20,000 nucleotides of DNA from the NCBI RefSeq assembly GCF_004010195.1, contig NC_057758.1:4562353-4582352 (forward strand), in the 5' to 3' direction. The translations under genes were made by a program, and so were the position numbers. The notes under the pieces are model-generated. The model saw only the letters and a program-made list of their open reading frames with translations, did not search any database and was not told the origin of the DNA. The stretch comes from Chiloscyllium plagiosum (lineage: Eukaryota). Positions 1 to 10,440 of this stretch are shown here, one piece after another (position 1 is the first letter of the stretch; each line of letters begins with the position of its first letter).

Positions 1-673
1 GACGGGTCATACATTATTTGACCACAAGATGAGACATATAATATTTTTGGAAGAGGGAACAGATGTTCAACGTCACATTACCTCGATTTGTTCATATCGG
101 TTGTAAAGTCATGATCTGACTGGTTGCCTTTCACAAAATGCTTATTTTTAGAATTCGTTATATATAACTTCGATCGTTGCGATACACAATAGACAATTGG
201 TGCAGGAGTAGGCCATTCTGCCCTTCGAGCCTGCACCACCACTCATTATGATCATGGCTGATCATCATCAATCAGTATCCTGTTCCTGCCTTATCTCCAT
301 AACCCTTGATTCCACTATCATTGAGAGCACTCTCCAATTCTTTCTTAAACAAATCCAGAGACTGGGCCTCCATTGCCTTCTGGGGCAGAGCATTCCACAC
401 AGTCACCACTCTCTGGGTGAAGTAGTTTCTCCTCATCTCTGTCCTAAATGACCTTCCCCCTTATTTTTAAGCTGTGTCCTCTTGTTCGGGACTCACCCAT
501 CAACGGAAACATGTTTCCTGACTCCAGAGTGTCCAATCCTTTAATAATCTTATATGTCTCAATCAGATCCCCTCTCATTCGTCGAAACTCAAGGGTGTAC
601 AAGCCAAGTCCTCCAATTTTTCAACATTAGATAGTCACGCCATTCCAGGAATTGACCTCATGAACCAACGCTG
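1..673. repeat. Left arm of a long inverted repeat (partner 19055-19726); CR1 3' end plus ~185 bp of non-CR1 flank
   Basis: Reverse complement of 19055-19726. I counted 7 mismatches in the first 210 bp. The match runs from window position 1 to the gap at 674. Confidence 0.95.
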
Positions 674-1726
674 NNNNNNNNNNNNNNNNNNNNNNNNNNN
701 NNNNNNNNNNNNNNNNNNNNNNNNNNNNNNNNNNNNNNNNNNNNNNNNNNNNNNNNNNNNNNNNNNNNNNNNNNNNNNNNNNNNNNNNNNNNNNNNNNNN
801 NNNNNNNNNNNNNNNNNNNNNNNNNNNNNNNNNNNNNNNNNNNNNNNNNNNNNNNNNNNNNNNNNNNNNNNNNNNNNNNNNNNNNNNNNNNNNNNNNNNN
901 NNNNNNNNNNNNNNNNNNNNNNNNNNNNNNNNNNNNNNNNNNNNNNNNNNNNNNNNNNNNNNNNNNNNNNNNNNNNNNNNNNNNNNNNNNNNNNNNNNNN
1001 NNNNNNNNNNNNNNNNNNNNNNNNNNNNNNNNNNNNNNNNNNNNNNNNNNNNNNNNNNNNNNNNNNNNNNNNNNNNNNNNNNNNNNNNNNNNNNNNNNNN
1101 NNNNNNNNNNNNNNNNNNNNNNNNNNNNNNNNNNNNNNNNNNNNNNNNNNNNNNNNNNNNNNNNNNNNNNNNNNNNNNNNNNNNNNNNNNNNNNNNNNNN
1201 NNNNNNNNNNNNNNNNNNNNNNNNNNNNNNNNNNNNNNNNNNNNNNNNNNNNNNNNNNNNNNNNNNNNNNNNNNNNNNNNNNNNNNNNNNNNNNNNNNNN
1301 NNNNNNNNNNNNNNNNNNNNNNNNNNNNNNNNNNNNNNNNNNNNNNNNNNNNNNNNNNNNNNNNNNNNNNNNNNNNNNNNNNNNNNNNNNNNNNNNNNNN
1401 NNNNNNNNNNNNNNNNNNNNNNNNNNNNNNNNNNNNNNNNNNNNNNNNNNNNNNNNNNNNNNNNNNNNNNNNNNNNNNNNNNNNNNNNNNNNNNNNNNNN
1501 NNNNNNNNNNNNNNNNNNNNNNNNNNNCCTTCAGATCTAACAGTCTCTCCAACACCAATTCCTGGCAAATATAAATTCCCTTTAGTTCAGGACCTTCAGC
1601 CACTGTTACCTCTGGGAGATTGTTTGTGTCTTCTCTAGTGGGCAGAGATCTGAAGTACCAATTCAACTCTTCTGCCATTTCTTTGTTCCCCGTAATATAT
1701 TCCCCGGTTTCTGTCTGCAAGTTCAA
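185..1726 (-). mobile_element. 5'-truncated CR1-clade LINE (shark HER1-like), inactive, interrupted by a gap
   Basis: The minus strand encodes ORF2-like KEMAEELNWYF...LERLLDLK (1528-1726) and QRWFMRSIPGMA*. It ends in a typical CR1 3' terminus (+ strand GGAGTAGGCCATTCTGCCCTTCGAGCCTGCACCACC near 205-240). Confidence 0.9.
674..1527. other. Assembly gap (854 N)
   Basis: Run of N. Confidence 1.
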
Positions 1727-2375
1727 CTAATGTTTTCAGCGAGTCCCAATCTCGCATTCATATATTCCCGTTGACATATTCCATGCAGTTTATTAAAGTA
1801 TTCAATATTATTTCAAACATTGAATGATTTACCGGATGAATTACATGTTCTACCAAATACATTGGAGGGAATATTATTCAGTGCTGTATTTTATACCTTG
1901 ACCTCGTCAGGCTGTGATTATCACTGATGAACATTTACAAATCTGTTCCGCACAATTCCTATGGAAGGTTCGACGTCTGTGCCCAATGCCCCAGTTTTTA
2001 GTGTCATTAGTTACTGCAGACATTTCGCGACTGTTACACAAATCGGTTGTATATCTTCTGAAATGCACAAATCATCCTGCTCCAATCGACATTGGGGAGC
2101 AAGTGGTTAACTGAACCTGTTTGTTCAGAGACTAATTAATGTTAGCTTATTTTGCTCATTACCATATTCAAGGCTTTATCGTCAGCCGCCAAGAATGTGA
2201 AAACACACGGGAGGCTTCTGACTTTCTATTAATAGCGTATTTTCCTCAATGTACGACCAATTTCGAGCAAACAGGGAACTGTGAATCGAAAAAGAAGAAG
2301 AGGCCATTCGGAGTGAAGTTTGAATCCGCCACCAATTAAACAATACCTAATGCAACAGGTATAAATATTTTCATA

Positions 2376-2630
2376 ATAGATGAGAAGCGGCATTTGAATG
2401 TGACAGAAGTGGATGATACTTCATGAAGAGTGATTTGGGAGATGATCACAACGGATCTCAATATGACAACCTTAAGTCAGAATGTGATAATCATCAACAG
2501 GAGCTTCTACTATGCAGTTCACGTACTTTCCACACGTTATGACAAACTAGCAATAAATTGGCGAGTATATTACAGTCTTCGAATATACAAGCAGGATATT
2601 ATCCAATGCTGGCAATTGTTGGTGTCCCTG
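2376..2630 (+). pseudogene. Exon 1 of the GPCR pseudogene (extracellular N-terminus and start of TM1)
   Basis: One frame reads ..NVTEV..*..MITTDLNMTTLSQNV..DKLAINWRVYYSLR (TGA at 2424, ATG at 2442). After a 1-nt frameshift near 2583 it reads IQAGYYPMLAIVGVP, then CCTG|GTGACT donor at 2630/2631. The start position is uncertain. Confidence 0.8.
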
Positions 2631-2812
2631 GTGACTCAATTTATCTGTTTTCCTTTATTACTTAAGTCTGTGAGACGCTTATATCTGCAAAACATTAGAA
2701 ATCTGAGCAGGTCAAGTTCAATGGTTTCAATCTAGTTTTAAAATGCTCCTCGCTGGTGACAAACTGAACTGCACATGAATCAATATTCTAGCATAAACTC
2801 TCAATGCATTAG

Positions 2813-2940
2813 ACTTGTTCATCCAGATATTTCTAACCAATCTGCTTAAATATGTCATTCTGTACCTCTCAAGGAGTTAGGATTTGAATGCGTGTGTTCT
2901 GGCTCCGATGTTGGAATCTAACTGTACATCACAGGAGACA
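2813..2940 (-). mobile_element. Degenerate tRNA-derived SINE head fragment
   Basis: GGATTTGAATGCGTGTGTTCTGGCTC resembles the reverse complement of a B-box/tRNA-like SINE head common in shark genomes. It is heavily diverged. Confidence 0.45.
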
Positions 2941-3829
2941 TGATCCGATATCAATTTCAACAACAACTTCGCCCATTCCCTCTCGAATGATATACCACAC
3001 ATTCAGATCTCATTTATTCCATGCACATCTGCGGACGTAATCTGGCAAAGCAATTGAACATAACTAATATTTAACCATAGTTTTCCCCGTTCGAGTTCTA
3101 AATTTAAAATCTAACCAGTTCGTGTATATTGCATCTCTCCAAAGTAACATCCCGAAATAAATCAATCAACACCTCACAGTAGGACAGACATTTTATCATG
3201 TTTTTGTTTATTTTGCGAATTTTCATTTGACTCCAAAAATCTGCTATTCCTCCCTTCCGTCATCATGTCATTGCCAAACTGATTTGAACATTTATCTTAA
3301 GACAGAATGTTTGTAAAGTATAGGCAACATCGTATGAATGAAGACTTATATGGATTGACTCAGTGATTGCAGTTTTAAAATGCAATCTTCACACTGTCAC
3401 AATCATAGTGCAGTGTAAAGATTGGATCCTTGTACATGACAAATGTATCACACAAATCATTATTTTACTTATGTAATTGTGAAATTTCATGCCATCAACC
3501 CGGCGCCTAACTCTCCGAAATCCTCAATACCCTCGAGTCCAGAACATCATACATAAGCAATTAGAATAATACCATCGAAAATATTTGAATAAAACAAGTA
3601 ACATTGACAGGGATGAATCGTGCTGTCCACAGCACAACAACATCTGTGGCAGCGACTGCCTGGGCAACCTGGACCATCTTCCAGTTTCTGACCTGGACAG
3701 CATTGCATTCAGTAGTTGTTGCATTCACTAAAATTATGGTCAGCGCAAAATATAGAGCACTATTACAAATAGGTTAAGCAAGACAAATTAGGGGCATATG
3801 AAAAATTCTGGCGGCTGAACAAATTATGT

Positions 3830-4450
3830 CGACGATGCACACTGCTCCTGTTCAACAATGGTATTCTAGGATATGTACGTTCGTAGATTTGTTGTCAATC
3901 AAGCTGGATGCTTTGTCCTGGATAGCGGCAAGCTTCTTGAATACTGTAGCTAGTCATTTGAAAAAGAAATGATAGTCAGAGGTCTGAAACAAACACAGGT
4001 AATTTTGGAGAAATTGAAACCTCAGTGAGCAGATAAAGGAAGAGATCGCATTTCTGGTGATGTGAGCCTTGTTCAGAATGACTCACACTGTCTCATCATA
4101 CTCTTGACGTATCCCTTGCCGACGGATGAACGACGTTGTGGGAATGCAAACAGAAAGCATCTCGCTGTAGGATTCTTAGCTTGTGACTTGCTCCCGAAGC
4201 GCCTACTTGCAAATGGCTATTTCCGTCAGTATCTGGTCAATGGCATCCACCAGGATTTTGGTAGCAAGAGATTCAGTGCTTGTGACTTCAGCAAGTATCA
4301 ACGAAGACTGGCTATGTTGTCTCCTGTTGGTGAGAATCGGAGCTGGTCATTTGTGTGGCAGATAAGTTATTATTTACAACGTATTAGATTCAGCACATTG
4401 ATTTGCCAGGTCTTGGCGCACTTGGCCATGGAATAGTGCATGGCTGCAGA
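3830..4450 (-). mobile_element. Old, degenerate LINE (L2/CR1-group) ORF2 C-terminal fragment
   Basis: The minus strand at ~3890-3945 reads FKKLAAIQDKASSLID (cf. LKKLDTIQDKAARLI). Further decayed similarity extends to ~4450. Confidence 0.6.
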
Positions 4451-4459
4451 CTGAAGTTT

Positions 4460-5648
4460 ATTGATTGTTTGATTGATTTATTGTTGTCACGTACACTGAG
4501 ATACAGGGAACAGTGTTATTTTGATTGGTATACAACAATAAATGCATGAAAGGCCCAGAATTGTGTGCAGAATATCCCAGTGACAGCAAATGCACTAAAG
4601 CGTGGGATCAGAATTATTATTTTGGAGGGGGGATGCGATTAATTAAGAAGTTCGAATTCAGCGAGGAAATTTTATTCTTAAAAATATTCGTACATGTATT
4701 CAACCTTGCTATCTTCTGCCCGACAGAACGGTATGGAAGTGAGAAAAAGCGGGATGGGATGGGAGTTTGATTATGTCCCTTACTTTCCAGAAGGAACAGG
4801 AAGTACAAATGGAGTTTGTGGAGGGAGGGCTGGTTTGCTGGATGACCTTGGTATTGTTCGGAATATTCTTGTGGTGCTGGGAAGACTAGTGGCCAAGCCA
4901 TGCTGTGAAGCATCGAGGTAGAATTCTTTAAATGGTGCGACTATAATAATACACGGGTAAGAACCCGTGTATTTCGTGAACCTTCTGAGGAAGTAGAGAT
5001 GTTGTTGTGCTTTCGTGACCGTCGCATAGACTTGGATGACCGAGGACTGTTTCTTAGTATAATCACTCACAGAATCTTGACATTCTCGACCATCTTCAAC
5101 TTTGCACCACTGATGTAGACAAATGCACGCCCCCTAGTCCGTTTCCTGAAGTCAATGGCCACTTTTTTTTTCATTTTACTCTCATTAATGGAGCAATCGT
5201 TGTATTTACATCACGTCACTAAGCACTTAATTTCTTTCTTTTCTTCTGTATCAGCGTTGTTTGAGAGTAGATCTACAGCGGTGGAGTCGTCAGCAAACCT
5301 GTAAATGGAGATTTTTGGAATTTGTCCACACATCTCTGAATGCCCGAGGAATATAGTCAAATGTTAGTTTCGTAGTTTTGCAGAGCAACGGTGTGAGATT
5401 ATGGTGGAGGACGTGCCGTCATCTCTTCTTCCTGTCTGTTCTATCCGTTAGAAAGTTAAGGTTTTAGTTACAGCCGGTTGATCTGTGACCTCCTGGCTGA
5501 ATGTAGAGATGTGTTGGTTTCGAATTATAATGTTGAAGGCAGAAATGTCGTTCAAGAATACTATTTTGATGTGGATATGCTTGTTATCCAGATAATCCAG
5601 GGATTTGCGTAGGGCCAGAGAAATGGAGTGTATTCTGCACCTGAAGTC
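4460..5648 (-). mobile_element. Rex1/Babar-type LINE remnant, 3' part (RT core and C-terminus, 3' tail)
   Basis: Minus-strand motifs SISLALRKSLDYLDNK...SAFNII (5448-5640), SIYRFADDS (5282-5309) and TKAQQHLYFLRRF (~4980-5020). AATAAA followed by an (AATC)n-like tail at ~4460-4483. Confidence 0.85.
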
Positions 5649-6101
5649 ACCAAAGAACAAATAATATTACAGCACAGGAACAGACCCTCCAACGTTCAAC
5701 CTACACCCATGCAGATCTTCTATCTAAACCTATCGCCTGCTTTCTAAGGATCTATATCCCTCGGCTCCTTGCTCATTCATGTATCTGTCTCGATACAAAA
5801 TAAATGACGTCATCGTGCCCGCTTTAACTTCTCCACTGGCAACGCCTTCCAGGCATCCATCACCCTCTGCAGAAAGATCTTTCCACGCATATCTTCCTGA
5901 AATTAATCCCTTCTCACCTTCAAGCCGTCACGACTAGTGTTTGAGTCCCCCAATCTCGGTAGGACGCTTGTTGCTCTCCATCCTACCGATATTTCTCATG
6001 ATTTTATAGGCCTCAGTCAGGTCTTCCTCAACCTCTGTCTTCCTAAGGAAAGTTCTCCTAATCTTCTCAAACTCTCTTCATAATTGGCACTCCCCAAAAC
6101 A

Positions 6102-6617
6102 NNNNNNNNNNNNNNNNNNNNNNNNNNNNNNNNNNNNNNNNNNNNNNNNNNNNNNNNNNNNNNNNNNNNNNNNNNNNNNNNNNNNNNNNNNNNNNNNNNN
6201 NNNNNNNNNNNNNNNNNNNNNNNNNNNNNNNNNNNNNNNNNNNNNNNNNNNNNNNNNNNNNNNNNNNNNNNNNNNNNNNNNNNNNNNNNNNNNNNNNNNN
6301 NNNNNNNNNNNNNNNNNNNNNNNNNNNNNNNNNNNNNNNNNNNNNNNNNNNNNNNNNNNNNNNNNNNNNNNNNNNNNNNNNNNNNNNNNNNNNNNNNNNN
6401 NNNNNNNNNNNNNNNNNNNNNNNNNNNNNNNNNNNNNNNNNNNNNNNNNNNNNNNNNNNNNNNNNNNNNNNNNNNNNNNNNNNNNNNNNNNNNNNNNNNN
6501 NNNNNNNNNNNNNNNNNNNNNNNNNNNNNNNNNNNNNNNNNNNNNNNNNNNNNNNNNNNNNNNNNNNNNNNNNNNNNNNNNNNNNNNNNNNNNNNNNNNN
6601 NNNNNNNNNNNNNNNNN
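6102..6617. other. Assembly gap (516 N)
   Basis: Run of N. Confidence 1.
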
Positions 6618-7711
6618 TTCAGTCGCCTCGACCTTCTGTATGCTTTCTTCTTCCTCTGAGTTACTGTCACAATTTGACTTGTGATCTATGGCTCACTAAT
6701 ATTGCCCTTTCTATTCCTCATTTTCACAGGGCCGTGTCTGTCCTGTACGCTAAGGAACACTGTTTGAAAGCCTCTCACATATCCAAAATGATTTACCTTC
6801 AAACAACTGCACTAATTCAACATTCCCCAGCTCCTGCTGAGTTTTGGTACACTTGGCCTTCTCCTAACCTAGCACTCTTCCTTCAGGACAAATCTTGTCT
6901 TTATCCATTATTATTAAAAAAGAAACATTATGGAATTGAGTCACTCTTCCCAAAGTAACCCCCAGTGAAATTTCAACCAGCTGGCTGTACACATGCCCCA
7001 ACACCAGCTACAGTGTGGCCCCTCCTCGAGCTGGACTATACATGTACTGTTCTAGAAAGTTCTCCTGGACGCTCCTAAAAAATTCTGCTCCAGCTCGAAC
7101 TATAAAATTAAGTGAATCCCAGTTAATGCTGTGAAAATTATTGTCTCTAATCACTGTTGTCCGCTTGCTCCTACAGCTTTGAATAATCTGTTTACATATT
7201 TGTACCACAATCTTACCCTCACTGTTGGGAAGCCTGAAGTATTGCTGCAATATTGTTTTCATTCACTTCTTATTTCTGCGCTTTGCACATATTGTTACAA
7301 TTCTGGATTCCTCAAAGGTACCCTTCTTCAGCACAGGTGTAGCGTCCACTGTGACCAGTAATGCAACTCCTTCACCCCGTTCAAATCAGTCTCTACCCCA
7401 CCTGAAACATCTGTATCCTCGGATATTTAGTTGCCAATCATGCCCTTCCACCAATTAATTAACAGTAATAGTAAAATGATAATACTCCTGGGTAGTAAAC
7501 AAACAGTAAGTTCATCTGCCTTACCTATTGCACTTCTCGCCTTAAATCAAAAGCACCTCAGACAACGGGTCCGAATGCGTTCAACGTCTACTCAATGCTT
7601 ACACGTTTAATTCGTCACGTTTACTTCATGATTTAATACCTTGCAGGCTTTATTTTCTACCTTCTTCATGTCCAGTCACCTCCCCATTTGGTTGCCATGC
7701 CCCGTCAATGA

Positions 7712-8590
7712 GTGTAACACCTCCGCAACAGCGTTAGCAAAAGCACCCCCAAGGACATTGGTGACAGTTCTGCCCAGGTGTAGACCATACAACTTACAAT
7801 TATGCCACCGCATCCAGAACCGGTCCCAATGTCCCTCTTCCTCCTACACTATCTCTCTGGCCACACATTCATCATGCCTATTGTTTCATTTAATCTCTGA
7901 CTAGCACGTAGCCATTCTGAGATGACTGGTTCTGAGGTCCTACTTTTTAACTTCGTTCCAAATTCCGTAGGAAATGTATCTACGACCACATCCCTTACTT
8001 TACCTACATCACTGGTGTCAATATCTACCATGGTAGCTGGCTGTTTATCCTCCCTTTCAGAAAGATCTGCAGCTGATCTGAGACATCCCTGTCCCGTTGA
8101 TTGAAAGGTGAGATCCCTTTTTGCAGTCTCTTTATCGAACACAGGAAAGCCTATGTATTTCCCTTGCAATAGATATCCCGATGACTATAGCTCCCCCACT
8201 CTTTTCTCACCCTTCTGTTCAGCAAAGCTGCTGAGACATCTCACCCAACAGTATCCAAAGCGGTATAGCAGATTTAGAGACAGATGGCCGCAGGGGACAC
8301 ACGCTATGCCTTCTTGCTCTTCCTCTGTCTTTTGGGCACCAATTACCTTTATCTCTCAGCAATCCTAATCTGCGGTGGAATCAACTTGCTAAATGTGCTA
8401 TCCACGTCCTCCTCAATATTGCAAATGCTCTGAAGTGAGTCCATCAACAGCTCCAGAATCGTCTTGTGATCTGACAAGAGCACAGTTGTACACAAGTCCT
8501 TTACCTGAAGGAGTCAGGAATATCAGCTGCGACTTTAAGCTTTCACATTGACCACGAGGATCATAACACGGGGCTGAAATTTACTGCTAT
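7712..8590 (-). pseudogene. CR1 ORF1 remnant (N-terminal zinc-finger-like region and SGNH esterase domain)
   Basis: Minus-strand EFGTKLKSRTSEPVISEWL (cf. ELGRKLKSRTSRVVISGLL), TNVLGGAFANAVAEVL at the C-terminus, and PDSFR*RTCVQL near 8480-8520. Stops and frameshifts throughout. Confidence 0.75.
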
Positions 8591-8844
8591 TTTTAATCGT
8601 AAGCTTAACTTAGTGCTACTATTATATAAAACAATAGATAAATGTTAAAAAAAAAACAAAAAACAAGTTAGAATCATACGACAACATAGGAAAGAGAAAA
8701 GACTTACCTTATGAACACATCGCAGAGTTCTCTTCTCTGTCTCGAGATGAGGGTGGGTGGGAAAATATACACCTGTAGTGTCCATGGTTCAGTCAATGCC
8801 GAATTGCGTCATGTCACTCCGATTAACAAAGTGCTGTTCGTCGG

Positions 8845-10440
8845 CTCCCATTGAGCTCCCACTGCTACTGAAAATGGAGGCCGTTGACGCTGGCGGTAAG
8901 TCCTTTCAGACGGTTCACTCCGCACTCTTGTTGCTGCTGAAAATGAACTCTGCTGACTCGGATAAGTCCTTCCAAACAAAAACTTATCTGCTCGGCAGCC
9001 TCCTGGTCCTCGTTCTCAGCATTCCAGTTGCTGCTGAAAATTGGAGACTGCTATCTGTGGGCGACACAATGGCTAAGTGGTTAGCTCTGCTCCCGCACAG
9101 CGCAAGGGGTCCACGATCAGTTCTCGCCTCAGGCAACTGTCTGTGTGGATTTTGCATATTTGTGGGCACTGGTACTCTGGTTTCTTCCCACAGCCCAAAG
9201 ATGTGCAGTTTAGGTGAAATGGTCATGCTAAATTACCCAAAGTGTTAGGTGTAGGGGAATGGCCCTTGGTGGGTTGCTCTTCTGAGGGTCAACGTGTGAC
9301 CTTTTGGGCCAAAGGACCTGTTTCCACACTGTAGGTAATCTGATAAATCCTTTTCGAAGTAGGTCTACCTTACCGGCATTCCACTGATATACAATCTCAC
9401 AGCTGCCGCTGCTGCTAAAACTTTAGGTCACTTACCTTCGTGGTAACACCTTTTAAAGGGAAACTTACATTCCCAGCAGTCACCTGGCCATGGCTCTCTC
9501 TGCTTCAGCTTTTGGTGAAGCTGTAGGACGCTGAATCTAGAGGTAACTTCGAGGAAAATTTACATTCCCAGCAGCCCCCTGTCTTTGCTCGCACCCCAAC
9601 AGCTGCTGCTATAACTGGAGACTGCTGACACTTGAAGTAAGTCTTTTAGTGAGAAATTTACATTCCCAGCAGCCCCCGGTCATTGCTCGCACCCCAACAG
9701 CTGCTGCTGTAACTGGAGGCTGCTGACACTTGAGCTAAGTCTTTTCGTGAGAAATTTACATTCCCAGCAGCGCCCGGCCCTCGCTCTCATCTCTCCCGCT
9801 GCTGCTGAAAATGGAGGCCTCAAAATCTCGTGGAATTTCCTTCTGTTGGAAGGAAACTTCCTTTTGCACAATGCCCTGGTCCTCCAACATACCTCTTCCG
9901 TTGCTGCTGAAAATGCAGGCCGCTGAATCTCGAGGTAAATACTTTTAGAGGTAAACTTTCGTTCCTAGCCATACCCTGGTCCTCGATTTTACCCGTCCTG
10001 CAGTTATTGAAAATGGAGTGAGTCGACTCTTGAGGTAAGTCCTTTCAGACTGAGACTTCCTTCCTGACAGCCCCCTGGTCATCCTTCTCACCATTCCCTC
10101 TGCTGCTGGAAATGGAGGGCGATGACTCTCTATGTCAGACATTTCAGAGGGAACGTTGCCTTCCCAGCAGTCCCGGTCCTAGTTCTCAACTCTCTGCCCG
10201 CAACTGAAAATAGAGTCTGCTGAATCCCCTGTTAAGTCCTTTCAGTGGATAATTGACATTTTGGTAGCCCCCGGTTCTCACCCTCATAGGTCCCGCTCCA
10301 GCTGATAATCGACAGCGTTGACTCTCGAGATAAGTCCTTTTTGAGGGCAGTTTCCGTCCCAGCAGCCCTCTGGTGCTTGCACTCACCGCTCCCGCTGCTG
10401 CTGAAAGTGGAAGATGCTGACTCTCGAGGTATGTCTTTTT
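8845..10440. repeat. Degenerate tandem array of ~15 monomers, period ~98 bp
   Basis: Recurring GCTGCTGAAAATGGAGG..CTGACTC..GAGGTAAGTCCTTT..AAACTTAC.TTCCCAGCAGCCCCTGGTCCTCG. TACATTCCC occurs at 9561, 9659 and 9757 (98-bp spacing), and anchors continue at ~9904, 10004, 10102, 10200, 10299 and 10398. Confidence 0.92.
9057..9345 (+). mobile_element. tRNA-derived HE1/V-SINE-type SINE inserted in the array
   Basis: Head GTGGGCGACACAATGGCTAAGTGGTTAGC (A-box), core TTCCCACAGCCCAAAGATGTGCAG, CR1-like tail GGGCCAAAGGACCTGTTTCCACACTGTAG. Homologous to the reverse complement of 19812-20000. Confidence 0.9.

Larger units (their letters stand above)
5650..10440 (-). mobile_element. Near full-length, decayed CR1 LINE with esterase-type ORF1 and a tandem-monomer 5' region
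   Basis: 3' tail CAAAGAACAAA...CAGCACAGGAACAGACCCT at 5651. ORF2 C-terminus NYEESLRRLGELSLGRQRLR. Endonuclease remnant IRDNNFHSINW (7008-7262). ORF1 at ~7712-8590, then 5' UTR and array up to the point where the host Rex/Babar sequence resumes. Confidence 0.8.

Noticed and set aside
627..1726. Long ORFs of 170-363 aa in the ORF track (also 6017-6670 and 17890-18690)
   Set aside because: Their length comes from translating N gaps. The real parts are short CR1 fragments or antisense frames.
2360..2365. TATAAA as promoter TATA box
   Set aside because: AT-rich context, only ~15 bp from the probable ancestral start, and no other support.
2430..2735. 101-aa stand-alone CDS
   Set aside because: It is exon 1 of the GPCR pseudogene, read out of frame after the ~2583 frameshift and on into the intron.
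9057..9135. tRNA gene
   Set aside because: It is the tRNA-derived head of a SINE, followed by SINE core and tail, and no intact cloverleaf is evident.
8757..9248. 163-aa ORF
   Set aside because: It runs through array monomers and a SINE and has no protein motif, so it is a chance open frame.
8845..10440. CRISPR-like array (regularly spaced palindromic repeats)
   Set aside because: The whole 98-bp unit is homologous between copies, so there are no unique spacers. There are no cas-like ORFs and the context is vertebrate.
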